This document shows, piece after piece, positions 1-13,020 of a stretch of 64,000 nt of DNA (position 1 is the first letter of the stretch; each line of letters starts with the position of its first letter). Both the position numbers and the translations under genes were made by a program. Under the pieces are notes generated by a model, which was not told the origin of the DNA, searched no databases, and saw only the letters and a list, made by a program, of their open reading frames with translations. This stretch comes from the human T2T-CHM13v2.0 reference genome, Homo sapiens, in the NCBI RefSeq assembly GCF_009914755.1, contig NC_060927.1. One strand, written 5' to 3'.

Positions 1-435
1 GGAGAGATCTGGTAAAGATTTCTGAAGGAGTAACTTAAGCTAAACCTTAGAAAGTATTTTGCATTTAAGAGGTAAAGAGGAAAGGAGAAAGCATTGGGAA
101 AAGGGGAAAAGTCTAATCAAAGTCACAGAGACAGAAGAGGATAAAGAGAGTTCATAGAAGAGTGAGTTGGCAAATTAGACACATTATGCTAGGTTAAAAA
201 AATAGAATGTGGCCACAGTATGCATGGATTCGTATGTCATACTGAGAATCACAAACCATATCTGGAAAATAGGGGTAAGTCCTAAAATGCATTTGGGAGG
301 AGAATTTTAAAATATAAGTTGTGCTACTGGAAGAAAATATTTTGATAGGAATACCACCAGAAGGCTCCTGCAGCGGCATTTTAGAGCCTGACCTAAAGTG
401 AAGTCACTGAAAGCGTATTTAAAAAGACTGTAGGA

Positions 436-726
436 GGCCGGGCGCGGTGGTTCACACCTGTAATCCCAGCACTTTGGGAGGCCGAGGCAGACGGATCACA
501 AGGTCGGGAGATCAAGACCATCCTGGCTGGTGAAACCCCGTCTCTACTAAAAATACAAAAACATTAGCTGGGCGTGGTGGCGGGTGCCTGTAGTCCCACC
601 GCCTCAGGAGTCTGAGGCAGGAGAATGGCGTGAACCCGGGAGGTGGAGCTTGCCGTAGCTGAGATCGCACCACTGCACTCCAGCCTGGGCGATAGAGTGA
701 GACTCCGTCTCAAAAAAAAAAAAAAA
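436..726 (+). mobile_element. AluY SINE
   Basis: Starts GGCCGGGCGCGGTGG and has a dimeric body with AluY-type GAATGGCGTGAACCCGGGAGG..GAGCTTGC and an A tail. TSD aaaaagactgtagga at 421-435 and ~722-736. Confidence 0.95.
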
Positions 727-889
727 GACTGTAGGAGAACTGACACAGTTAGTGTTTCATTAGACATGGACTATTGGTTAAAGAAAAAAAAAAACAGTAT
801 TAAACTTAAATGATCAAGTAATAGTGGTAATATCAAAAATAGTATTCCTGAGTACTACTATGTGTCAAATACTTCACGTATATATTTAA

Positions 890-3800
890 AAATTTTTTAG
901 CTTTTATTTTAGGTTTTGGGGGTACATGTGAAGGTATGTTACACATGTAAATATGTGTTTTGGGAATTTGTTGTACATATTATTTCATCAGCCAGGTATT
1001 AAGCCCAGTACCCAATAGTTATCTTTTCTGCCACCTTCCACCCTCAAATAGACCCCAGTGTCTGTCGTCTTCTTCTTTGTGTCCATAAGTTCTTATCATT
1101 TAGCTTCCACTTATAAGTAAGAATATGTGGTATCTGGTTTTCTGTTACTGAGTTAGTTTGCTAAGGATAATATCCTCCAGTTCCATCCATGTTCCTATAA
1201 AATACATGATCTCATTATTTTTTATGACTGCATAGTATTCTGTGGTGTATACATACCAATTTTCTTTATCCAGTCTGTCACTGGTGGGCATTTAGGTTGA
1301 TTCCATGTCTTTGCTATTGTGGCTAGTGCTGCAATGAACATACACATGCATGTATCTTTATAATAGAATGATTTATATTTGTGTGAGTAAAGGGATTGCT
1401 GGGTCAAATGCTAGTTCTGCTTTTAGCTCTTTGAGGAGCCACCATACTGCTTTCCAGAGTGGTTGTACTAGTTTACACTCCTATCAACAATGTATAAGTG
1501 TACCCTTTTCTCTGTAACCTCACTAGCAATTGTTATCTTTTGGCTTTTTAATAATAGCAATTCTGACTGGTGTAGATGGTATCTTGTGGTTTTGACTTGT
1601 ATTTCTCTAATGATCAGTGATAATGAGCTTTTATTCATATGCTTGTTGGCCGCATGCATGTCTTCTTTTGAGAAGTGTATATTCATCTCCTTTGCCTGCT
1701 TTTTAATGGAATTGTTTGTTTTTCTATTGTAAATTTGTTTAGCAATTTGTTTAGATGCTGAATATTAGACCTTTGTCAGATGCATAGTTTGCAAATATTT
1801 TCCCCAATTCTGTAGGCTGTGTTTACTTCATTGATGGTTTCCTTTGCTGTGCAGAAGCTCTTTAGTTTAATTAGATCACACTTGTCAATTTTTGTTTTTG
1901 TTACAATTGCTTTTGGTGTCTTTGTCATGAAATCTTTGCCCATTCCTATGTCTAAGATGGTATTGCCTAGGTGATCTTGTGGGGTTTTTATAGCTTTTGG
2001 GTTTACATTTAAGTCTTTAATTTATCTTGAGTTGATTTTTATGTATGGTGTAAGGAAGGGGTCCAGCTTCAATCTTTTACGTATGACCAGCCAGTTATCC
2101 CAGAACCATTTATTGAATAGGGGGTGTTTTCCCCATTCCTTGTTTTTGTCAGTTCTGTGGAAGATCAGATGGTCGTAGATGTGCAGCCTTATTTCTGGAC
2201 TCTCTATTCTGTTCCGTTGGTCCATGTGCCTGTTTTTGTACCAGTACCATTCTGTTTTGGTTACTGATTATAGGGTTAGCCCTGTAGAATATTTTGGGTA
2301 TATTTAATTGAGGCATTTAGCCCATTTACATTCAAGGTTAGTATTGATATGTGTGGATTTAATCCTGTCATTGTGCTGTTAGCTGGTTATTGTGTTGGCT
2401 TGTTTGTGTGGTTGCTTTACAGTAACACGGGTATGTGTGTTTAAGTGTGTTTTTGTATTAGCTGGTATTGGTCTGTCCTTTCTATATTTAGTGCTACTTT
2501 CAAGATCTCTTGTACAGCAGGTCTGGTGGTAATGAATTTCCTCAATATTTGCTTATCTGAAAAAGATTTTATCTTTCCTTTATTTAGGAAGCTTACTTTG
2601 GCTGGATATAAAATTCTTGATTGAGAATTTTTTTTCTTTAAGAATGTCGAATATAGGCCCCCAGTCTATTCTGGCTTGTAGGGTTTCAACTGATAGATCC
2701 ACTGTTAGCTTGATGGGGTTGCCTTTGTTGGTGATGTGCCCTTTCTTTCTAGCTGTCTTTAAAATTCTTTCATTTTGACCTTGGAAAATCTGATGATTGT
2801 ATCTTGGGGATGATCTTCTTGTGTAGAATCTTTCAGGAGTTCTCTGTATTTTCTGAATTTCACTGTTGGTTTCTCTAGCAAAACTGCGGGAAGTTTTCAT
2901 GAATGATACTATGTTTTCCAAGTTGTTTGCTTCCCCCCACCACCTCACCCCTTTCAGGGATGCCATTGATTCCTAGAGTTGGCCTCTTTACATAATCCCA
3001 TGCTTCTCAGAGGTTTTGTTTATTCCTTTTTATTCTTTTTTTTTTTAATCTGTCTTATTTCAGAAAACCAGTCTTCAAGTTCTAAGATTCTTTCCTCAGC
3101 TTGGTTTATTCTGCTGTTAATATTGTGATTGCACTGTGAAATTCTTGTATTGTGTTATTCAGCTCTGTCAGACCCATTAAGTTCTTTTTTATATCAGTAA
3201 TTTTGTCACTCAGCTCCTGTATCACTTTATTGTGATTCTTATTTTCCTTGGATTCAGTTTTGCCATCTTCCTGAATCTCAGTGGTCTTTGTTCCTGTCCA
3301 TGTTCTGAATTATATTTCTCTCATTCAAGCCAGTTTAGCCTGATTAAGAACACTTGTTGGAAAATGGGTGCAGTCACTTGGGTAGTTGAGTAACCAGAGT
3401 TCTTGCATTGGTTCTTTCTCATATCTGTATGTGAGTATTTCTTTAACTGCACTGTAGATTAAGTACAGTCAATAGATTTCCTTTCTGGAGGTTTTCGCTG
3501 GGCCCAGGCTTTGTGCGGTGTCCTTATTTGAAGCTGACTTCTTGTCTCTTGTTTCATAGGGGGGTCTATTAGTGAGGTGTTTTTGGTGTTGAAGCTTTGG
3601 AGTGTGATCTAGCGGGTGGCACATAGACTTATTGATCAGTTGGTAGACTCTTGTTTGGTTTTGTGGCTCTCCCATGTTTCCTCACAGTTGCAGCTGTGTT
3701 CCCTCTTAATGCTCTGAAAGTGTGGGTTTGTCTCCCTCTTGAGTGATGGCTATAGATTCTAACTTGGCACTTCTGAGATACCCACTGCAGCTGTGGAGCA

Positions 3801-5566
3801 ATCTCATGGTTATGTTTCTTTCCCAACTTGGAGGTAGCCGAGCAAGGGATCTTAGTAGTGGTTGTGGCTTAGGGTCATTTGTTTGTCTCCTGGGGGCTCC
3901 ACCCAGAAAGATGTAGGTCAGGAATCACTCAGTGTAATCAGCCCAGGATGGAGGGTCTGTGCTGTGGGCCCAAGCCAGTGTTCCCTGTATGGTGACAAGC
4001 AGTGGGCATGTGTGGGACCCATGGGAGACAGACTGGCCTCCTCTCCTTGGGTCAACTGCAGCTTGTTGGAGGTGTGGATAAGGCACTTGGGTTTTTGCTC
4101 CTTCATTGGCCTGAGGGTGGCAAGGGCAGTTCCACTGCAGAGGCAGAGGCAGAAAAGCTTTCTTGCCCCTGTAGGCCCTGTCCAGAATGTCGCCGAATTG
4201 CTACTGGCTTCATAGCTCTGGTGAAGTCTGGCTGGAGGCCCAGGCCTGGAGGACCTGCCCGATGAGGAGATATGGGAATGGGCATCCATGTAACAGTCTG
4301 GCCACTTTTCCGTATAGCTGCTGCGGTATGCTTGGGGACCTCTTCAGTGCCTAGTTGACTCAAATTTTCCAGTACCTGGAGGTAGCACCAGTGAAGGCTG
4401 AGAAACAGCAAAGATGGCAGCCCATTCCTCCCTTTGTGAGAGAGGTATGGGCCTGTTGCTGGCCTAAAAGCACCTGTAGGAGGTGGCTGGGGACCTTGAT
4501 TAAGACGTCCCACACTGTGAGGGAAAACGGGATTGGGGTCCTGCTTAAAAAACCAGTCTGGCCATGTTTTGGTAGAGCACCTGTGCTGTGCTGGGGGTCC
4601 ACTTCAGCCCCCAGTTGCCTCAAACACTCTGAAGCCCAAAGCCTGGAATGGCTGAGTCGCCCAAACAGCAAATATGATGGCCCACTCTTCTCCCTGAAAG
4701 CTGTGTCCCAGAGAGGTTAAAAATCTGTCAGCCAGAGAACACCAATGAGTGTGGCTGGAGGCCCTGGTTTAGAGGTCCCACCCAGTAAGGAGAAACAAAA
4801 TTGGGCACTTACTTAAAGCAGCAGTCTGGCCACATTTTGGTAGAGCAGCTATGCTGTTCTGAGGAATCTCTTCCAACTTCAATCAGCTCAGATTCTCCAA
4901 AGGCTGAAGGCTGGAATGGCTAAGGCACCCACCCAGCAAAGATGGCAGCCCACCCCGTCCCTTGGGAGCTCCTTCTTAAGCAGGTGCAATGCTGCTACCA
5001 GTGGCTAGCTGGAATTCCATTCCAGAGGGTCTTATCTTGTGAGGTGCCATGGAAGTGGGGCCTGCAGGCAGATGCTGCTCAGCCCCCTGGATTCAGCCTC
5101 TTTCCTAGGGGTATGTACAGGGGTCTAACCCCCCACTTTGTGGGAGCAACAACTATCTTTGCTGGAAAGCCCAGTTATCTAAGCCTCCAGGTTCTCCAAG
5201 CACGCTCTGCCAAGACTCCACGTAGCTCTGTCTATCAGACTGAAGGCTCTGGCATAATGGGTTTACAAGGAGATCTCCATACCTGAGGGCTGCAAAGATC
5301 TGTGGGAGAAGTGTGGTTTCCCAGAGTCACACATTCACTCAATGCTTCCCTTGATGGGGGCCATTCCCCTGGCTTCATGTTGCTCCCAGGTAGGCCGTTG
5401 TCCTGTGTTGCTTTTCTTTGTTTTCTGTGGATCAAGTTGTTTCCTGATTAGTCCCAGTGTGGCCACCTGGATGTTTCAGTTGAAGGTGTTTTATTTATTT
5501 GCCCTTTCCATTCCTCTCCATGAGAGCCACATATACTAGCTGCTTCTTCTTGGCCACCATGGCCAC
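890..5566 (-). mobile_element. Old primate L1 (L1PA13-16-like) with both ends but a large internal ORF2 deletion
   Basis: L1 3'UTR at ~890-1300, ORF2 C-terminal remnants (1222-2225), ORF1 remnant (2580-2966) and a long GC-richer 5'UTR ending GGCCATGGTGGCCAAGAAGAAGCAGCTAG on the minus strand. Confidence 0.9.
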
Positions 5567-5584
5567 TTTCCCCTAAATTTTTAA

Positions 5585-6750
5585 AGTTTATATCTTCTAA
5601 GAATAATTTTAAGAATGGTTTCAGGGTCATAGCAAAATTGAGGAAGGTACAGATATTTCCCGTATACCCCTGTCCCAGCAAATGCCTGGGCTCCCTTATT
5701 TTAACATCCTTCAATGGAGTAGTACGTTTTTAAAATTGATAAGCCTACATTGACACATCATAATCACCCAAAGTCCATAGTTTACATTGGGTTAACTCTT
5801 GGTTGTACATTCTATGGGTTTACAAAATTGTGTAATGACATTTATCCACCATTAGAGTATTATATGGAGTATTTCCATTGTCCTGGAAATCCTCTGTAGT
5901 TTGCCTATTCATCCCTACCCATTCCTTAACCCTCGACAACCACTGATCTTCTTACTGTCTCCATCACTTTGACTTGTCCCAGAATGTCATATAGTTAGAA
6001 TCATAGCATGTAGCCCTTTCAGATTAGTTTATTTCATGTAGAAATATGCATTCAAATTCCTCTGTGTCTTGTCATGCCTTGATAGCTCATTTCTTTTTAG
6101 CACTGTATAGTATTTCATTCTCTGAATGCACCATATTTTATTTATTCATTCACCTACTAAATAACATCCTGGTTGCTTCCAAGGTTTGGCAATTATGAAG
6201 AAGGTTGCTATAAACATGTTATTCATGTGCAAGTTTTTGTGTGGACATAACTTTTCAACACCTATAGTTAAACACCAGGGAATGTGATTGCAGAGTAGTA
6301 TGGTAAGAATATGCTTAGTTTTGTAAGAAACTGCCAAGCTGACCTTCAAAGTGGCTCTACCACTATGCATTCCCACCAGCAATGAATGAGAGATCCTCTT
6401 GCTTGACATCTTCACCCGCATTTGTTGTTGTCAGTGTTCTGGACTTTGGCCATCTAATAGGTACATAGTAGCATGTTATTATTGTATTAACTTACATTTC
6501 CCTGATAACATATAATGTGGAACGTTTTTTTATATGCTTATTTGTAATCATTATATATTCTTTGGTGAGGTGTCTATTCAGGGGTTTGGTCCATTAATTG
6601 GGATTTTGTTTTCTTATTTTTGATTTTCAAGAATTTTTTATATATTTTAGTTAACAGGTTTACTTTTTATCAGATGTATGGTTTTTTTTGCAAACATTTT
6701 CTCCCAGTCTATGGCCTCTCTTCTCATTATCTTGATGTCATCTTTTGCAC
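5585..6750 (-). mobile_element. L1MC/L1MB-type 3' fragment
   Basis: L1M-type 3'UTR (agcaaaattgaggaaggtacagatatttcccgtatacccc) followed by ORF2 C-terminal remnant (IIAKPWKQPGC in ORF 6146-6421). Confidence 0.75.
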
Positions 6751-6754
6751 TTTT

Positions 6755-6982
6755 TTTATTAAGCACTTACTATGTGGAAGCCATTTTTATAAGGGTTCTA
6801 CATGTCATCTCCTCTACATATTTAATCCTCACAACTCTATGAGGCAGGGACTATCGTCAATCCTGTTCTACAGATGAGGAAACTGCAGGACAGAGCAGTT
6901 AAATTTCTTTGTCACCCAGGTAGTAAGTGGTAGAGTCAAAATTTTAACTCACACAGTTTGGCTTCACAACCTGAGCTCTTAA
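6755..6982 (-). mobile_element. MIR SINE
   Basis: MIR core tttaatcctcacaactctatgaggcaggg...tacagatgaggaaactg. Confidence 0.75.
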
Positions 6983-7999
6983 ATAAAACAATCACATAAA
7001 CAACCATAAAATCACCACTATGCTAAGTGTTTTAAAGGAGAGAGGTCTGCTGCAACAAGAACATGTAACACTTGATCTGGAAGAATGGGAGACTGGTCAG
7101 TGACTGCTGACATCTTAAAGATAATTTGGAGTTGATAAGGCTCATCTTTTTACTAGTGGAGTATTTATGAGTAAAAGCCATTTCTTATTATTTCCCACAA
7201 TTCAGAGAGAAGGCAATGGAAAGTAGTGTTTAAACTGCCTAAAAGTGCTCAAGATACTCTTCTTAAGACACAAACTATTTCTTCTGAGTTGGAAGGCTCT
7301 CTCTTCAAAAGCCCACTCCTGCTTTTCCTTTTCAGAGAAGCTTATTGCTGTGAGTCTATGGGAAATCAATTTTTAAAAATGATTCAAAAAGAGCACAGAA
7401 TTTCTGGGTCCTTTCTAAGAGATACTTGGCCCCTGGAGAATTAAGTGTGCACCTCAGCAAGAAGGATGTGTATGGTTCAGTAGAAGGTGTCTACACCAAG
7501 CTGTGAAGCTATGCTGTTTAGCATCTTGTATTATTGAAGCAAACACGCCTAGTGATGTCGAGGTAGATTATGTAATATCTTTTTAAGGAAACGTTGGCAG
7601 TAATCTTAGATTATTTATTTAAATTCATTAAATCAATAGCTTTTAGGTTTTGTGAGATCTTAAGAGTTACTGGGAAGCTAAAATCTATTAACGACCCTAG
7701 AGCTAAGAGACCACTTTGTGTATTTACTAAGAATGTGTTCTCTATCAACCTTTTAAGATATTAAATAAAGATTAAATATATTCACATGTGAAAAGAGAGT
7801 TTGAACTTGAGCACTTTTCTGATACATAAAAGTTTGATTTTGGAAATCTCTTTCTTAAAGAGTGTTAACATCTCAGACTCCCTCTGATCAGATAGTCAAT
7901 CCTTGCTTTCTGTGTTTGCTCCCCAAGGAGGCTCTTGGCAGAAAAAGTGGGCACAGCACTTTATAGTTTAGGGAGTAGTTAGTTGCACAATCTTCATTA

Positions 8000-8230
8000 T
8001 CTCAGTCCTCACAACAACTACATCACAAGGGAAAAGCAAGCATGTTGTGCTGATTGATGTTATTTCATCCTCCTCCTCTTCTTGTTGTTCTTGTTCTTCT
8101 ATTATTATTATTATCTTCATTATACAAATTGGGAAACTCAGACACAGTTAAGTGATCTGACCAAGATTACAATTCCAAGTAGAGAAGCATGCCTTATACT
8201 TAGGTCTTCTGCCTGTAAATACTATACAAT
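8000..8230 (-). mobile_element. MIR remnant
   Basis: cctcacaacaac...tatacaaattgggaaactcagacacagttaagtgatctgaccaagattac. Confidence 0.55.
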
Positions 8231-8654
8231 CCTCACCATCAAATAATAAACAGTCACAGCACACTGGCTCAAGTAGGAGGTCAGCTTGTATTCAGCCTCT
8301 GCCCAATTAGCAGCTCACCAAAGTACATACCTGTAGAATCCACAGCTTGCAGAGCAACAGCCTAGTGGGGAGAGGGACAGGTAAATTAGTGAGGACAATG
8401 CAGTGTAGTGAGTGCTGTGATGGAGGCATCCAGGGCAGGGGGAGGAAGATCGTTTATGTCAGCTGGAGGTTGTTTAGGGTAAGCTTTGCAGAATAGGTGA
8501 TTACAATGTATTGCACCTGATTGCTTTTAAAAATGTTGCAAAAATTATTGTTTTTAAAAAAGAAAATAGTAGCTCTAACCTAGTCAGGTACTAGAATGCT
8601 TTGAATAAACCCTGTGCCTGGCAGGTGGTCACAGCAGGAACAAGGGAGGTGGGG

Positions 8655-9266
8655 GATCACGTGATTGGAGGGCAAAGCCAAGTTTAGCCACTGATGGTTA
8701 TCCCTGCTATCTCAATAATCCACCCCTTAAGGTCTTTTAATTTAAAATAAAGAAACAGGAAATACCTGGAAAGAGACAGAAAGAGGCTGATAGCATGGCC
8801 GAATAATAAACAGAATCCAAGACTTTGAAGTCTACCAGGTACAGTCCCCTCACCTACCCCTCTCTAGGAGAGACGGGAAAGAGAAGAAAATTAAGTGGAT
8901 TAGAGTGACACATTTGCTTCAGAACCTCTTTCAGTTCCTTAATGCTCCCTCCCTGCAGATTCTTCTCCTGCCTGCTTCTAGCATTTCAAAAGCTCTGCTG
9001 TTGACGTCAATCATAATCTTCTGACTCCAGCCAAAGCCACACAATCCTCATAACATAGGTAGTAAACTAAGGAAAACCATTTAGAAATGCTTCTATTGCA
9101 TTTCTGGATGGCAGGTCCTCTACTCTGTCTTCTTGACGTCTTCACATTTTATTCCCAGTACCTAGGCACAGAAGACATGTTATTTATTAGAGTAACTCCT
9201 GGACTCTATTCACTGAGCTCTTAAGCTGTACTTTTGGACCAACTAAAGGAACTGATATCTGACGTC
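8655..9266. promoter_or_regulatory. Candidate promoter/enhancer: E-box + CCAAT + three CRE sites
   Basis: TCACGTGA (8657-8664) fused to ATTGG (8664-8668); TTGACGTCAA (9001-9010); TGACGTC (9134-9140 and 9260-9266). All lie in non-repeat, CpG-poor DNA. Motif evidence only. Confidence 0.35.
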
Positions 9267-9936
9267 CAGAATTTGGGGGGAATGTTAGCAAGTATATAAA
9301 TCCTTAAATGCTTCCTTGAAGTATGTTATCACATAAAGATGCTAATAAGTTTTCTAAAAATTGTTAAAATGGGGCTATGGTGGCAGAATTTTCTCTGGTT
9401 TCTGGGAGCCACTGCTGCATCGCTCATTTGACTTACACTTGCAGAGCGCTTGTATGTGACAGACACTGTGGGTACAAGAGTGACCCTCAAGGAGATTACA
9501 GCTTAGTGAAGATGCAGACAAGTGGACAAACTCCTTCAGCATATCAACCTCATCATTTTATAGGTAATGCCAGAAGGACAAATTGATGTAGATTATTAAA
9601 CACAGAAATGGGAAAGCACATTTTTTTCTTCTTGATTTCTTATGGGTTGTTGGCCACAAAACTAGCATGTGAGTACTACTGATGTAAATTTACTGAGGCT
9701 TTACGTGGGATGTCAGAAGAGGTGTGAAGGATTTCAATAATACCTATAGTTGGTATTTCTATTTGTATTTACTTAGAATTACAAATAATCATATAAGCAA
9801 GGAAAGTTTGAACAGAAACCTTTATTATGAGGAAAGGAAGAAAAATGTACAAAAAGACCAAAGGCATATTGCAAAGATTAAGCATGTTGAGGATTAAGTA
9901 AATTTATGTAACTCCTACTTTTGTGTTTTCCTCCCT

Positions 9937-10410
9937 GTCATAGGCAATCTCTAAAATGTCCCCCAATATCCCTGTCTCATGGTCCTCACAACCTTGTGAG
10001 TGGTACTCATATCTCTTTTTGAATGCGGGCTGGGCTTGAGTCTTTCTCTGCTTTCTTGTTTTGAGGGGAGCCAGCTGCTACACTGTCAGCTGCCCTATGG
10101 AGACACCTCTGTGATAAGGAACTGAGAGAGTCCCTAGCCAATATCCAGCAAGACACTAAGGCCCTCAGTCCAACAACCCATAAGAAATCAAATCTTAGCA
10201 ACAACCACGAGTGAGATGGGAAGCTGATCCTCCCTTAGCTGAGCCCTGAGCTGACTGCAATCCCAAATGACGTGAATGAAACCTTGATTGCATCCTCATT
10301 GGAGGCCCTGAGCCAGAAGATCCAGCTAAGCTGTACTCAGATTGCTGCTCCATGAAAACTGTCTGATAATAAATATTTATGGTCTCAAATCACTATGTTT
10401 TGGGGCCAAT
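9937..10410 (+). mobile_element. MLT1 (MLT1F-like) MaLR solo LTR
   Basis: gctgccctatggaga...gaactgagag...ggccctcagtccaacaacc...gccctgagccagaagatccagctaagctg...aataaa...ttttggggccaatttgtt. Confidence 0.75.
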
Positions 10411-11149
10411 TTGTTGTGGAACAATATATGTAAGGCTCCCTCTCTTCAAAAATGAGGAAACATTTAATTGGATCTTGAAAGAAATAAAAAGCTGTTTCTC
10501 AAGTCTATGAGCATGTGGAGATGATTTATCTTGTCATAATCTTCCTTGCTTCTTTGGTTTTCCTTCTACCTACTTTACTACCAACTCTCCTAATTCCTTC
10601 TTTCCACCGACCATGGGAGATACGTATGGAGTAGTGAGTAGTGCAAAGCATGCATGGGAGGTTTGGAAGCTTTGAGATATACACAAATTCTTCAGGGCAA
10701 GACCCAGGAGTGGACAAGATCTGGGGTGGAGGCATGGGCTAAGCCCACAAAAGCCTCTTTCTGTCTACTTCCTCCAGAGCAATTCCATTTTTATTATTTC
10801 ACAAACTGAGATTCTGCATAAAATTTAATTTGAAAAAAGCATCTCAATTAAAAAGAAAGTTTGAAATGCTTAAAAAGCACTTGTCTAGCACGTGTGCTTT
10901 CCAGACAAAGGACTAGGAGACAAAAAGCACGATTGCACAGTTCTCTGAGATTCAGTTTCCTCACCTCTCTCCTGGAGATTAAATGACCCATCTATACCTG
11001 TCACAGGGTTGTGGGGAGGTTTCTCTGTGAAGAATGAGAATCCCCTCTGTCCTTGTGGCCTGGACACTCTAGCCCAGATACTCCTCAGGGCTTCTTCTCC
11101 TATTCTGTACTCAAACTCCAGGTCTCCCTGAGGTTCTACAAATATCAGT

Positions 11150-11420
11150 CCACCCTCCATCACTCTTTGTGTTCTTTAACTCTGCTGGTGTTTCTTCATC
11201 TCACTTATTACAGCCTGATATATTTTGTATTTGTTTGAGATTTTTAAATCGTGTTTCTTTCCTACCGTGCACTAGAATACAGGCTTCAAGAGGGCAAGTA
11301 CTTTGTATATTTGGTTATATGCTATGTGCATTCTATATCATCAAGATTTAGAACACTGCCTGACACCTAACATACTCAATAAAAATTTCTTGAATGAAAA
11401 GAATGAATGAATGAATGAAA
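11150..11420 (+). mobile_element. L2 3' end
   Basis: gaacactgcctgacacctaacatactcaataaaaatttcttgaatgaa followed by a (GAAT)n tail. Confidence 0.7.
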
Positions 11421-12619
11421 TGAGACAATGATTTGTGCCCTTAGTGTGATATTCTAAAATAGGCTATTCTTCTTATCTAACTCTTCCTGGGTAACTGTAT
11501 CTTTGGATACAAGTACAATAGTAACAGATTTACTCCACACCACTGGAATAAGTTAATGCCCTTTCCCAATTTCAAATTTATTCAGGGATTCCAAAGCAAC
11601 TAATCAGGATGTACATTCTCTTTTAAATTTGATAAAAAAAAAAAAAAACCAGCTACATAGGTTTAAGGAACAGCTGCCACTCTTCCCCCTCACTCCCATA
11701 TTCCAGCACACTCACATTATTACTTTGACGTATCCCTGAATAATTTGTGGTGAGGTTCACATGCCAACCCCGTGTTACAACTCCCCCACCCTGTTGGTGT
11801 CTGGAGAGCTTCCAGACTCATGGCTGAGGAAAATAGAACTGAGAGGCAAAGAAGAAACAAAGTCACCCAGTTATGTTTCCAAGATAGCATAACATGAAGC
11901 TTTGTTTTATTATACAGTTTGAATTCCAGAATTGGATTTGAAAAGTGGTTTGTGAATAATTTTATATGAAATAAAACTAAAGAATGACAAATGGTGTTTG
12001 TTAATTGCTCTTCCTGTTATTAAAACAAAAGATTCAGAAAGATCATTTTAGATAAAAATTGCCAAACTTTTGAAAATGAGTTGAAATAATTTAAGATCAA
12101 ATAATGCATTTTCTAAGTGTTTCTGCTGTATGAGTAGTAAAAATTACTAACCCAAAGTTTTAAAGTAGAATTTTGTAAGAAACGTTTTTAGAGTCAAAAA
12201 CTATAGTGTGTATTTTTCTCTCTGATGATTTCTTCCTTCTTAGAGAATGGGAAATCTGATAGTTGCCTTTTCGTCTCTTTCTACATACCTTGTTTTCAAG
12301 GTGAAGCTCATTAGCACATAGCACAAGCTGAATTCTGATTTTCTAGCTGCAGAGGATGATCTGAATGATGATGAGGATTAGCTCATTCTTGAGTAGGTGT
12401 GATCAGTGGATCCCTGAGAACTGCCTCCTCAGCCAACCATTGTTAAATTCATCCTTCCCCTCATAGCAGGACTGAGGCTCAGCTAGCAGCACCAGTTTAG
12501 GAATGCTCATTGTTTACAGTCAGGGTCCATTCTAATTGGGCTGGTATATGTTCACATTGATGTTGCTCATGTCTTCCTGGTTGTTAAATATTTACATGGC
12601 CCTGAATTTTCTTTGGGGT

Positions 12620-13020
12620 ACAAGTGGTTTAGGAGACACTTAAGACTGATGATGTAACCTTACCTGCAAGGACTGGTTTAGTGATAGGGAAGTGGCCTGA
12701 GCCAGTCCAAAACCAGAAGGGATCCCAGAGTTTGGTTGGGAATTCCAGGACACAAATGTCCCTTCTTGTTCTGGATGTTGTGATGTATGGTTGTGAAGTC
12801 TGCAATCATTTTGTCACCATAAGGAAAACTAGTCTGAAGGGGAGGCTGACACACAGAGAATGACAGAACTGAGAGTATAATAAAAAATAAGTAGTCCAGT
12901 ACAAATAGCACCTAAAGCCCACTCTACTTCTAAACTTTTTGAGCTACATAAGCTAATATATTCCTTTTTGTAACTTGGGGCTTTCTGTAACTTGAAACAG
13001 AGATAATCCAACTGATAACG
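12620..13020 (+). mobile_element. Old MLT1 (J/K/L-like) LTR remnant
   Basis: gactggtttagtgatagg...gaagtctgcaatcattttgtcaccataagg...tttctgtaacttgaaacagagataatccaactgata. Confidence 0.55.

Noticed and set aside
3469-5539. Cluster of overlapping 65-136 aa ORFs on both strands
   Set aside because: They lie in the GC-richer L1 5'UTR, where stops are scarce; no protein motifs.
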